A stretch of 64,000 nt of DNA, taken from an uncultured archaeon (GTDB lineage: Archaea; Iainarchaeota; Iainarchaeia; Iainarchaeales; 1-14-0-10-31-34). The notes beneath the pieces were generated by a model. It did no database searches and was not told where the DNA came from. It was given only the letters and a program-made list of their open reading frames with translations. The translations under genes were made by a program, and so were the position numbers. Where the stretch lies: positions 1,416-65,415 of the forward strand of contig CAYTYC010000004.1 of NCBI GenBank assembly GCA_964442255.1, in the 5' to 3' direction. Shown here one piece after another: positions 26,596-36,900 of this stretch (the first letter of the stretch is position 1; each line of letters begins with the position of its first letter).

Positions 26596-29500
26596 TTAAT
26601 TGCCGGTGGTAATGCAGCTTCCTTCCCCGAGCCCGAGCTCGAACTGGTTCAGGCTTTTTTTGCCTGCAGGCGCATAATTCAGGAGCGCGGTTTCATTCCA
26701 GTAAAATCCCGCCTCTGTTGCCGTGTCCTCCATGCAAACTTTTCCTTCTTCCACCAATTCAAACAGCTGTTCCAGTGCCTCTATTCCATGGTTTTGCTGG
26801 TTTAACTCCATTCCCTGCAATCCGTTTAAAACCATGAAATCATTTATTGCCGTATCCGGGGAAAAGAATTTAAGTGAAGCAGGCTTCTGCGCCTTTAACT
26901 CCATATTGGTTTCAGTGGGCGTGTAGAGGATTGTTCCAAGGTATTCGGTTCCGGGAAGGCTTACGGGTTCCCAAACCGTTTTGTACGCGTACTGGAAATT
27001 CAGCGTGTCTTTGGATGTTGCCCGTGAATCCGCCTTGTAAACTATTGCCCTTTGCGCAGGAAGCCCCCCAAAATCATAGCACTGCCCAAGCCCTTTCCAG
27101 TAGGTTAAATTGTCCCCGGCACTTTTTCCTTTCCCTGTTTCTTCCACATGGTAGGCCGCGGTCAAGGGCTTTTCGCTTTTTGTTCCCTGCACTTTCATTA
27201 TCACAGGGGTTGCAAGCGACGGGCTGAAAACCATTCTTTTTTTGTTTCCCGCGCCGCTTATTGCAAGCAGTTTTCCCCTTGTATCTGTTTCCGAGTTCAG
27301 GTAAGCCAAATCCTTTTCTGTGGCTGTTTCCAGTTCAACTGAAGCCATTTCGGCCGGCTGCCTGGTTAAGGGCTCTGTTGAAACAATGTCCCTTGTTTTG
27401 CTTAACTGCACTTCTTCACCTGTGTAAGCGGTTCCATAGCCTATCCTGTCCTCATCTAAATACCCTAACCTGCCGTTGAAGGGGAGGTAGTAGAATATGC
27501 TGTTCGGGGAGGGCTTTTGCAGGCGCTGGAATTCCACTGAAACCGTTGCTTTTGGGTTTCCATCGGCAGTGAAAAGCGCCCAGTCGTCCGCGTAATCTAT
27601 TCCGATGTCCACGGCGTACAGCCCTGCGTCAGGCAGTTCGTATTCATCAAAGTACCTGTTCCTGAAGCTGAACCTTGTCCTGTCATTATAGTATGCACCT
27701 ATTTCCTGCATTGCCTCTGTTCCGACAGCGTCATCAAGTTCAAGTGAAGGAACCTGGAAAAAAGTGCTTGTGGAATAGTATTTCACGAAATCCTTCTGGA
27801 AGTCGGCGGAATACCCGTCCCTGATCAAATATGCCTTGAAGTGCATCAGGTCGTGCATTTCTTGGAGTACCTGTTTTATTTTCTCGGAATCCGTTGAAAC
27901 GCTTTGCCCGCCAAATTTCACGCTTTCCTGGTTAACCAATTCTCCCAAGGTTGGATCAAGGGCGTTCAGGTAAACGTTTAAGGGCTCAAGGTCGTTGAAA
28001 AAAACTGTGCTGGGCTCTATCCAGCAGTTTAGGCTGGCGCTTGAGGAGTTGTTCATTAAACTGAATTCAAAGTACTTGTCGTCCTGTTTGTCCCCTTCCG
28101 CAGTGAGGTGCTCCAGCTGTATCGAGCCGGTGTAAGGGGTTTCGCTTTCCGGAAGTTCTTCAAACCTGCAGCTTGCGGATGCCGTTGCCCCGTTTTTTCC
28201 TATTCCTGTTAATTTCTTTTCGCATTCCGTTTCCCCGTTGTATAGGTATTCAGCTTCTTCCGGAACATTTAGCCTGAACAAAACATTCACGTCCTGAGCC
28301 TCCCCTGTGTTGTTTTTTACCGTTGCGCTCAAAAGCGCGTCACCGCTTTCGCCCAGGGAATTCCCTATCTCGCTTATTCCGATTTTTTCTTCCGGAACGG
28401 AATGGCTTTTGGCTTCCGCGTTTTGTTTTGCGGCTTCACTTTCCCCCGGCAGGTCTGGGCAGGCAAAATCGTATCCGTTTTCTTTCATGAAATCATTTAA
28501 TTTCGCGATTCTTTTCCACATCATTATGCTGAACTGTGTTGCGTCGCAGTAAATTGCTTCCTCATTCCCGGAATCGCATTCATTCCATGCAATTGCCTTG
28601 TCTTCAAACCCCCAGTCCAGCTTTATTTTTGGCGTTATGCCTTCCCCTGTCCTGCCTTTGATTGTTCCGTCACCGGAAGCGCAGGCAAACTGGTTTTGCT
28701 CCAGTTCCGGCAGCTTTTGTTCTTCTACCCGGGTTATAAACCTTAAATGGAATTTTTGCGTTACCTGAAGCAGGCCAAGGTCTTTCACGTCAAACATTGA
28801 GAACTTTGCGTCCGGGTTTTTTCCGTAGCTTGTCGGGTCCGCGTGAATGTGCCTTCTTGCCTTAACAGTTAAAACGTCATAGGCCGGCTCCTTTTGGCCG
28901 AGGGAAATGTTCCTGAAAATCAGCCCAACCGTTTCTTCGCCTGGCGTCTCGGAAATTTCAGGAAGGGTTTCATCCCAGTTCGGCTCCACGTCAAGCACGT
29001 TTTTTCCGTGTTCGCTTAGGCTTAGCCCGTTCCAGTCCCTGGGAATGCCGTCTCCTCCAATGCCCCGCCCGCTGAGGTTTATTGTGTAATCCCCTAATTC
29101 GTTTGTTTCCGTTTCTTTGCAGGGGTCGCTGAGCCAGGCGATTATTTCAGGGATAAAAGAGGCGCCAATGCAGGCAATTCCCCACGGGCCGACACAGAAA
29201 CCCAGCCCAATTGCGCCAAATGCCTTTGCGGCAAAGCCGGCGACAGCCACCGAATATGCCGCTGCCACGTTTCCCGCAGCCACAACCCCCGCGTGTGCGG
29301 CGGTCCATTTTGCGAGTTTTCCCGTGTTTTTCTTTCTTGCCTCATCCCATGCGCACACGCTTGCCTTCACATTAACGGTTGTGAACACGTCACTGTTCAC
29401 AAGCGTTACCGCGTCCTTTGACTCGCCTTTAAGAAGCACATATTCGTAGTTGTTTGGGTTCACCAGCGAAAACGGCTCCTTGTCTTCCGGGTCAACCAGC

Positions 29501-32500
29501 ACGTCAAGCGTTCCCAATTCAACCCAAAACGGGTTTTTTTCCGTGCGGGCCTCCACTTTTACCCCATAGATTCCGGGCACTGTGCCTCTGCTTACGGTTA
29601 CTTCAGCCGAACCGTCCTTGCTTAAGGTTATTTGTGGTGCCCCGAACCTCCCTATTTGGGGGCTTAGGCTTATCCCCCCTTCCGTTGTCCCGCCCCTGCA
29701 GCCGGGGTCATTGTGGCAGAAAATTACGTCAACCCTGGTTTTGCATTCATTGACCACGGAAAAGCTGTCGTAATGTTCGCCTGAATCCACCTTTACCGGG
29801 TTGTTGAACCCTTCCCCGATTTTCAGGCATTCCCTCAAATTTATTGCCCCAAGGTTTGCTGTAAGGGCGTTGCTGTAAACTGTGGAAAGCCCTGAATCCG
29901 TTAAAGCCTCGGCCTGCACTGTTACCTCAAAGTGCGCCTCTTTGGTGTCCTGTTCGGGGGTGAAAATCAGTGTTCCCACGTACTCCGCATCTGCCTCCAC
30001 CGAATTAAAAAAGTAAGCCGGGCGCATTTCCTGCAGTTCGTTTGTAAGGGATTTCCCGTTTTCAATCTTCAATTGTATTGTTCCGTTCGGCGTTCCTGAA
30101 GTCCAGCGTATTCTTGCGCTTAGGTTGCGGAGCGCAAGGGGCGTGTGCGTGTTTTTTTCCAGACACCCGTTGGTTATGTAGAAGTTATGTGTTATTGTTT
30201 CACTTTCTTCAATCAACTCCTCCCAGCTTGCCCCGTCAATCCCCAAACAATCATTGTTTTCCAGTTCCGCGCCTGTTCCAATGTTTGCGTTAAACCCGAC
30301 ATCAAAGCTCCAGTCAAATGTTCCGTCAGTAACCACAATATTGTACACTCCGTTCACTGACCCTGTTTCCTCTTCAGGAAGGCCTTGGTTAATTGCCGCA
30401 TAAAACTGTATCGGCGGGTCCGCAAGGCTTTTTTTGGGAATAAGCTTTCCGATGAAGCCGCTTGCCTCAATGAACCTGTTCATGCCCTGCAAGTCCAAAT
30501 AATACCCGAGATAGCTCCTTGGAAACTTTTTTCCGATGAATTCAATTTCCTTTATCGTTAGGTTGCGGTTGATTTGGTTGAATAATTCAATGTTTTCCCT
30601 GTGGCTTTTTTTCCCGAACTTTTCCAATGAAAAGCTGAGGGTTTTCGGGCTTACATCCAGAATGTTTGCGTCAACCCTTATTAGGGTTTCCGCGGGCTCA
30701 AACCCGAATTTTCGTGTCGTAAAGTAAAGCCTTGCCCCGGGGCGCATCTCCTGCGTTAACGTGAAAACGGCCTTTCCGTAATTGTCTGTCTCCAGCTCCC
30801 CGCGCTGGCCCATCAGCGCGCTCCTGTATCCGTCGATTTCCTTGTCCACGTAAACATTCGCGAACCTTACAGGAAACCCGTCTTCATCCAGCACAGTCAC
30901 CCTTATTCCCGGCCTTGTGAAGGAAAAAATCTGCGCAGGCTCAACCTGCACTTCCATTTCCTGCATTGAATCAACATCTATTTCCGCGTAATGCCCAAAC
31001 CTTTCCTCCGCTCCCATGTCTGTGAGCTCAAAAATCTTTAATGCAATCGGAACATTTCCCGAGGGAAGGAGGGCCTTGAATTTGAGCGTACCGGTTATTT
31101 TTTTTCCCTTTGAAAAATTCCCTAACTCAATTCTAGGCAGCTTATTGGTTTCATTTATTGGATTCAGTGAGCTTTTTATTGTTCTCCCGCTTGCGTTTGT
31201 CAGGGTGTACTCCAAAAACTCCAGCGCATTCAGTTCTTTCCCTGTTTTGCTTGAATTGGAAACATAAATTTTTGCGTTTTCGTAAACTTTTTCGCCGTCA
31301 TTCAGCACCTCAAACCTGTACTCATATTCCCCGTTCACTGTTGCATTAAAATTGTCTTCCGTGAAAATGTACGGCTCTTCATTCAGGTCCTTTAACCCTT
31401 CAAATGTTACGCACACGCCTTCCTGCCTGTCCGGGCTGCAGACTGGCTCTGCAGCCGGGCCGTCCACGGGAATCTCCGGCTCATCCCCTCCGCCTTCCCC
31501 GCCTTGCGGAGCGCGGACCTCAAACTCCTCGTCAAATGTTAAGGCATACAAAGGCTGTTTTCCCGCAATCCCTTCATCTTCCGGTTCCCTGTCAAGGGCC
31601 TTGTTTTCTTTTTCCCCCCACGCACGGTAATGGAAGCTTATTTTGTCCCCTGCCTCCAAACCCTCTTTTATCCTGAATTCCACCGCAATTTCGTATTCCC
31701 CTGCCTCGGCCGGAATCCAGGTAATGTTAACCCATTTTGCGTTTGAATTCGTTAAATTGTCCAATGCCAGGTCCAGGGCTTCCCCGTCAGGCGGATGATA
31801 GGAGGAACCCATAACCGAAAAGTTTCTTCCCCCCGCACTGTATCCTGTGATAAGGAGATTGTCGTTTTCAACCCTCTCCGAATCGCCTGTCCGGAAATGC
31901 ACTCCAGCCTTCCTGTAACCCGAATTTTCGGGAATGCGGAGCTTCAATACCGCCCTATACTTTTCCCCTGCGCGCAGGGAATTCACCCTGTTTTCCCCGG
32001 AATAAAACTTTATTCCTTTCTCCAGCCCGAGCTTTTGCCCCGGAACTTTCTTCAATTCCAGTTTTATGTTGATGTTGTGTGTGTAGTTGGGCTTCAGGTA
32101 GTATTCTTTGCTTATTCCTGTCTCGTAATCCTTGTGCGTTGCCTTGACGTAAATGCTTTTTCCGGCCGGAAGGCTTAACGCAATCTTCCCTTCAGGGAGC
32201 GTATGGGTTTCCTTTTCCCCTGACTTGAATACAGCCTCTATTTTTGCTCCTTTAATTGTTTCCCCGAATTCGTTTTCCACGCGAATGTTCACGTTTGCGT
32301 TGTCCATTTCCATTTTCACAAGATAGGCGACAATTGAATCCTCCTGCACACTCTTCACCGCACTTTCCCCCCTGTAAAAGCCTTTTTCCGCGTACGCGTA
32401 ATAATTCCCGGATTCAACCGCCTCAAAGACCGCAACCCCGTCCGCGTTTGTGTCTTCAGGATGGTTTCCGGAAATTCTTCCGCTTTCAACTGTCCTTCCG

Positions 32501-33957
32501 TCCTCGTACTTCAGCCAAATTTTTGTCCCCTGCACCCCTTCACCTGACTCTTTTTCCCTTGCCTCAACAACAATTACCCCTTTTTTGTGCCTCACAGGAA
32601 CAAACGGTTCATCTGGTGCAGGAGGGCAATCGGGAATCCTCTCTAATTCAACCACCCGGTTTCCGTCCGAAAAGAAAATGTTTTCCATGAAAGGGTAAAA
32701 GCATTCCGCGGAAACACTTAACTCGAGTTCTTCTTCCGGAACAACGAATTCCACGTCTCTTCCCGTGTTGCGCGTGTTTTTTGTCCCAAGGTTTTTTCCG
32801 CTTTCCGCGCCCTTCAGCAAAACCAAGGCATTTATGACCCTTTCCCCTGAATCAATGTCAAGGACAGTTATTTTCAGTATTCCCGCAACGCTTTCATGCC
32901 CTTCCGGTGGGCCGTCTGCAGGCTCTCCTCCCGTGCCGTCCCCGCCTTCGGGCGGAACAAAAGCCTTTTCCAGAACAATTCTTTTTGACTTTTCGTCCCT
33001 TGCCCCGAGGTAGATTCCTTTAACCTCTTTCTGCACGTACTCTAAGTCAGGATCGCTTACCACTACATCGTATTCCCCGGGGTCGAGCCCAAAAACAGCT
33101 GTGCCAATTGAATCAGTCCAGCCTTCCCCAATTTTTGTCCCGTACTTGAATACTTCCACAAGCATTCCCTGGAGTGCAGCGCCCTCAAAATCTTCTGCCT
33201 CAATGTAAAGCTTTCCACTTAAATCCGGATCGTTTCCATTCAACGGCTTCAGCAGAATGTCTTTCGGGTTTCCGTTTACCACAGTGCGGGAATTGAATGA
33301 CTCATATCCCGCAATTTCCGCTTTTTCCACAACCAGTGTTCCGCAGCCTTCCGGAACCTCCGCCAAAATTTTTCCGTCGTAATCCGTGTCCCTTAATACT
33401 GGTTCATCCAGTTCTTTCCCTGAACTGCATGAAACGTAAACGGTTATGCTTTTTCCTTTTATGAGCCGCGAGTCCCCCGAGTCCTTGAACTGCAATAAAA
33501 CCTGCGTTGACTGCGGTTTAATCAGCCGCAGCCTTACCTCAAATTCATGGTCCTCCAGAACAGCGTATTCTTTTTTGAAGCCCTCAAAATTTTCTGTTCC
33601 CCTTATTTCCAGGGAAATTTTTGTTCCCGGCTTGGCGTAAACGGTTGCGGTGCCGTTTTTCCCTGTCTCTTTAACTGTTTCCTGCCCGTCAATTTCCAGC
33701 CTTAATTCTATTCCCCTTAACGGGCTGTCAGCCTGGTCAACCACCTTAAAGGTCGCAATTGCCTCCAATGGCTGGATTTCCGAAGGAAAAAGGAATAAGA
33801 TTCCAAGCCCCGCAAGGGCAATAATCGCTGCAATAAATAGAACAAGCGACGGAATTACCCTGTCTATGGGGTCTATTACCTTGTATACCGGCACTTTGGC
33901 GTTTATTTTGTCCAGTAACGCGTACCATTTGTCCTCTAAGGAGGAATAAAAGCCCAT
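26596..33957 (-). CDS. Giant membrane-anchored surface protein paralog 1 (2453 aa), CarboxypepD_reg/Ig-like repeats, hydrophobic Ala/Gly insert
   Basis: Conserved N-terminus + TM; repeated V.V.D..G.P..GA.V...TD..G units; shared GVHFRTG, HYRAWG, YCDATQ, AYLIRDGYS.DFQKDF, YYLPFNG motifs. Confidence 0.9.
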   Translation of the reverse strand: MGFYSSLEDKWYALLDKINAKVPVYKVIDPIDRVIPSLVLFIAAIIALAGLGILFLFPSEIQPLEAIATFKVVDQADSPLRGIELRLEIDGQETVKETGKNGTATVYAKPGTKISLEIRGTENFEGFKKEYAVLEDHEFEVRLRLIKPQSTQVLLQFKDSGDSRLIKGKSITVYVSCSSGKELDEPVLRDTDYDGKILAEVPEGCGTLVVEKAEIAGYESFNSRTVVNGNPKDILLKPLNGNDPDLSGKLYIEAEDFEGAALQGMLVEVFKYGTKIGEGWTDSIGTAVFGLDPGEYDVVVSDPDLEYVQKEVKGIYLGARDEKSKRIVLEKAFVPPEGGDGTGGEPADGPPEGHESVAGILKITVLDIDSGERVINALVLLKGAESGKNLGTKNTRNTGRDVEFVVPEEELELSVSAECFYPFMENIFFSDGNRVVELERIPDCPPAPDEPFVPVRHKKGVIVVEAREKESGEGVQGTKIWLKYEDGRTVESGRISGNHPEDTNADGVAVFEAVESGNYYAYAEKGFYRGESAVKSVQEDSIVAYLVKMEMDNANVNIRVENEFGETIKGAKIEAVFKSGEKETHTLPEGKIALSLPAGKSIYVKATHKDYETGISKEYYLKPNYTHNINIKLELKKVPGQKLGLEKGIKFYSGENRVNSLRAGEKYRAVLKLRIPENSGYRKAGVHFRTGDSERVENDNLLITGYSAGGRNFSVMGSSYHPPDGEALDLALDNLTNSNAKWVNITWIPAEAGEYEIAVEFRIKEGLEAGDKISFHYRAWGEKENKALDREPEDEGIAGKQPLYALTFDEEFEVRAPQGGEGGGDEPEIPVDGPAAEPVCSPDRQEGVCVTFEGLKDLNEEPYIFTEDNFNATVNGEYEYRFEVLNDGEKVYENAKIYVSNSSKTGKELNALEFLEYTLTNASGRTIKSSLNPINETNKLPRIELGNFSKGKKITGTLKFKALLPSGNVPIALKIFELTDMGAEERFGHYAEIDVDSMQEMEVQVEPAQIFSFTRPGIRVTVLDEDGFPVRFANVYVDKEIDGYRSALMGQRGELETDNYGKAVFTLTQEMRPGARLYFTTRKFGFEPAETLIRVDANILDVSPKTLSFSLEKFGKKSHRENIELFNQINRNLTIKEIEFIGKKFPRSYLGYYLDLQGMNRFIEASGFIGKLIPKKSLADPPIQFYAAINQGLPEEETGSVNGVYNIVVTDGTFDWSFDVGFNANIGTGAELENNDCLGIDGASWEELIEESETITHNFYITNGCLEKNTHTPLALRNLSARIRWTSGTPNGTIQLKIENGKSLTNELQEMRPAYFFNSVEADAEYVGTLIFTPEQDTKEAHFEVTVQAEALTDSGLSTVYSNALTANLGAINLRECLKIGEGFNNPVKVDSGEHYDSFSVVNECKTRVDVIFCHNDPGCRGGTTEGGISLSPQIGRFGAPQITLSKDGSAEVTVSRGTVPGIYGVKVEARTEKNPFWVELGTLDVLVDPEDKEPFSLVNPNNYEYVLLKGESKDAVTLVNSDVFTTVNVKASVCAWDEARKKNTGKLAKWTAAHAGVVAAGNVAAAYSVAVAGFAAKAFGAIGLGFCVGPWGIACIGASFIPEIIAWLSDPCKETETNELGDYTINLSGRGIGGDGIPRDWNGLSLSEHGKNVLDVEPNWDETLPEISETPGEETVGLIFRNISLGQKEPAYDVLTVKARRHIHADPTSYGKNPDAKFSMFDVKDLGLLQVTQKFHLRFITRVEEQKLPELEQNQFACASGDGTIKGRTGEGITPKIKLDWGFEDKAIAWNECDSGNEEAIYCDATQFSIMMWKRIAKLNDFMKENGYDFACPDLPGESEAAKQNAEAKSHSVPEEKIGISEIGNSLGESGDALLSATVKNNTGEAQDVNVLFRLNVPEEAEYLYNGETECEKKLTGIGKNGATASASCRFEELPESETPYTGSIQLEHLTAEGDKQDDKYFEFSLMNNSSSASLNCWIEPSTVFFNDLEPLNVYLNALDPTLGELVNQESVKFGGQSVSTDSEKIKQVLQEMHDLMHFKAYLIRDGYSADFQKDFVKYYSTSTFFQVPSLELDDAVGTEAMQEIGAYYNDRTRFSFRNRYFDEYELPDAGLYAVDIGIDYADDWALFTADGNPKATVSVEFQRLQKPSPNSIFYYLPFNGRLGYLDEDRIGYGTAYTGEEVQLSKTRDIVSTEPLTRQPAEMASVELETATEKDLAYLNSETDTRGKLLAISGAGNKKRMVFSPSLATPVIMKVQGTKSEKPLTAAYHVEETGKGKSAGDNLTYWKGLGQCYDFGGLPAQRAIVYKADSRATSKDTLNFQYAYKTVWEPVSLPGTEYLGTILYTPTETNMELKAQKPASLKFFSPDTAINDFMVLNGLQGMELNQQNHGIEALEQLFELVEEGKVCMEDTATEAGFYWNETALLNYAPAGKKSLNQFELGLGEGSCITTGN

Positions 33958-33985
33958 CAGTTTTCAACCCTTTTTTCCGGCTTAA

Positions 33986-36900
33986 TTATTGAATACAGGT
34001 TTCTTCTATATTAAGCTTTTGTATCACCGGTTCAAGGGGTTCCGCAACCGTTTCAGGATTCCACCAGAATTCCGCCAGCACTTCACTTTTCGTGTCAGTC
34101 AGGCACACCTTTTCCTGTTCCATTAAGTCAAACAGGTCTTCAACTGTCTTGACTTCATCTGACCTGAAGCCTGAAAGCGTTGTCGCGCCTGTAATATTTT
34201 CCTCCACGGCTGTGTGGAATTTCAGGGTTCCGCTTTTTCTTGCAACACTTAATTTTGAAACCGCTTCCTGCGGGGTGAAGAAAATGGTTTGCATGAACAC
34301 TTTCCCGTACTTCACCGGGTCATTCCAATGGAAACCGTATTCGTACAAGTCGCGTGAAAGAGGGGTGGAGCTTCCATGGGTGTCGGGAACCTCAAACAAG
34401 TCGTTTGGCGCATCGCCGAAATCCCTGCACGCGTTTTCCCCTTCCGGAAGGCCAACCCATTTTGTTAAGCCGTTGTCTCCCAGGTTTTGCGCTTCCCCGT
34501 CAACTGTTGCGGTGTAGAAAGCGTAAACTGACTCTGTTCCCGTGTCCTCTATTTCCATTACAACCGAGGTTGCCTTGGACGGCGAAAAGTCCATTGAAGT
34601 CAGTTCATCGTTGTTTCTTTTTACTTCCAGTATTACTCCCCTTTTATCCATGTTTAAAGCCTTAAGCGAGTCCTCCACCTTTGTTTCCAGCGTGTGCACT
34701 TGGGCCTGCCCCTGCGCGCTTGATGTATGCACAACATCCCCTGTGTTGTTTATGTTTATTTCTTCTCCGCTGAAATTCACTCCATAACCTATCCTGTCGT
34801 TGTCCATTCCAATCCTTCCGTTGAATGGAAGGTAATAGAACGGGGAGGGAGGCCATGCGTCCGCCTTCTGGTTCAGGTGAACCGTTATTTTCGCGTTCGG
34901 CTGCCCGCCAACAAACAGGGTGTAGCTTTCGTCGTTGAAGCTGATTTCAATTTCCACTTCATACAGGCCGGGCTTCCTTATTGGGGCGTTTACGCTCAGC
35001 ATTTTTGCCGCGTAATCGAATTCAAACAGGCTTGGGTTGTTGAAGTATGCCCCCAATCCTTCGTTTCCCATGTAGAATTCCGGCGCCTCAAAGAATGCGG
35101 AGGTTGTCGCGTATGAATGGAAGTCTTTCTGGAAGTCTGCGGAATAGCCGTCCCTTATAAGGTATGCGTTGAATTTGTACAACTGCCTTGCCTTTTCCTT
35201 TTGAATCGGGTCCAAAACTTCCCCTGATTTTTCCATTTCCTCAAAGAATTTCGGCAAAGTCAGCGTGGAATAAGCGCCGCATATTGCCCCGCTTGGGCAG
35301 TACGCCCCCATTGTTTCCAGCACCCCGTTTTCTCCAACGAGTTTATTGATTTTTTTCAGTATTTCCGTGCTTAACTGTGTTGCGTCGCAGTAAATGTAGT
35401 CCTCGTTTCCTTCATCGCACCGGTAGTCGCCGGTTTCCGCGTTATGCAAATCCCAGCGCCAGTCAAACTTTACCCTTGGAACAGCGTTTGCCCCTGTGCT
35501 TCCTGTCTTGTTTCCGAGCCTGCATTCCCCGTAGCCCTGGCCGTGGACCGGAATGTCGCTTTCATCATATGAAAGGAACTCCAGATTAAAGTATTTGTCA
35601 ACTTTTTCTGTCCTGTCCACAAGCCTGTTTGCAAATTCATCCAGCCTGTTTTCTGCAGACATTTCCTCAAAGTCTTCCAGGTCGTCTTCATCCAGTTTTG
35701 CGTTGTCCTTGTGCTTGTAGAAGAACTGGGTTCCCGTGACTTCCAGAACCCTGAACAAAGGCCTTAACGGGTCTTCTTGCTTAAGGTTTCCTGTGTTAAT
35801 GAATTTTAACTCTATTTCTTCAAATGTTTCCCCGCCTTCCACCGTGTTTTCCCCCACAAAAGAGGCTTTTGTGTCCCCGCGTTCTACTGTGATCCCGTCT
35901 TCCACTATTTTTTCCGGCAAAACCTGCTTGAATAACTCCCATTCATCCTGTATTTCCACATCCGCCTGCAGTGAATTAATTATCACCGGTTCCTGGTTAA
36001 TGTAATTAATTACTGTATTGGTTGCAAACCCGATTATCCCTGTCCATATTGGCCCCAAACCGGTGCTAAACCCTGGAAGCGCCCCAAGAATGTTTCCAAC
36101 CAACGGAATCCCTGAAAGCAGTTCAGTGACAAACATTCCGGTCGGCTGAACCGTGGCGGAAACCAGTCCTGTTGGTTGTGGGGATTCTTTTGGTGCAACA
36201 CCGCTTTCCGGAGGGCTTTCACCCGATTCAGTTTCTTCGCTGCCACTGTCTCCGCCACTTATGGCGGCTCCTTCTTCCGTGCTTTTGGTGTCAGGCGACC
36301 CTGTTGAAGTTTCCCCTGTTGTCGTGCTTGTAGTTGAACTTGTTCCACCTGGAGGCCCGTGCTTGTCTGGATCTGTTTCACCCACGGTTAGACCTAAGTT
36401 TGGGTTGGTTAGGGATGGATTGCTTTCTGGAATTTCCGGAAGGTCTAGGTTAATCGGCGTTCTACCACGTGAGTCTGGCTCCACAACTTTTTCCTTGCCA
36501 TTCTTGCCTAAGTCTGCTTCCCTGGGTTTTTTTGTTCCATTCAATTTGTTTTGAATGAAGTCCGTGGCAATGTGCACCCCGACTCCAATCAGTGTCGGGA
36601 TTATTGCGTCTTTCATTGCTTTCCAGATGCTTTTAACGTCAAACTCCAGTTCAACTTCTTTTGAATGGCAGTAATTCTGGACTGTAAGCGTGTCATAACC
36701 GTCGTACATTACATCCGGGTCGTCGTAAATGTCCAAAAAGTATTTGCTTAGCCTGATGCAGCCAATTCCCTCCAGCTCCGCGTCAATTCTCTGGATTTCC
36801 CTTCCGCTCACCTCCCCCGCGCCTGTAACTTTCACGTAAATCGGGTAAAGCCCCGGAAACTTGCCTGAATCATGGAAAACCGTTACCTCCTGTTCGCCTG

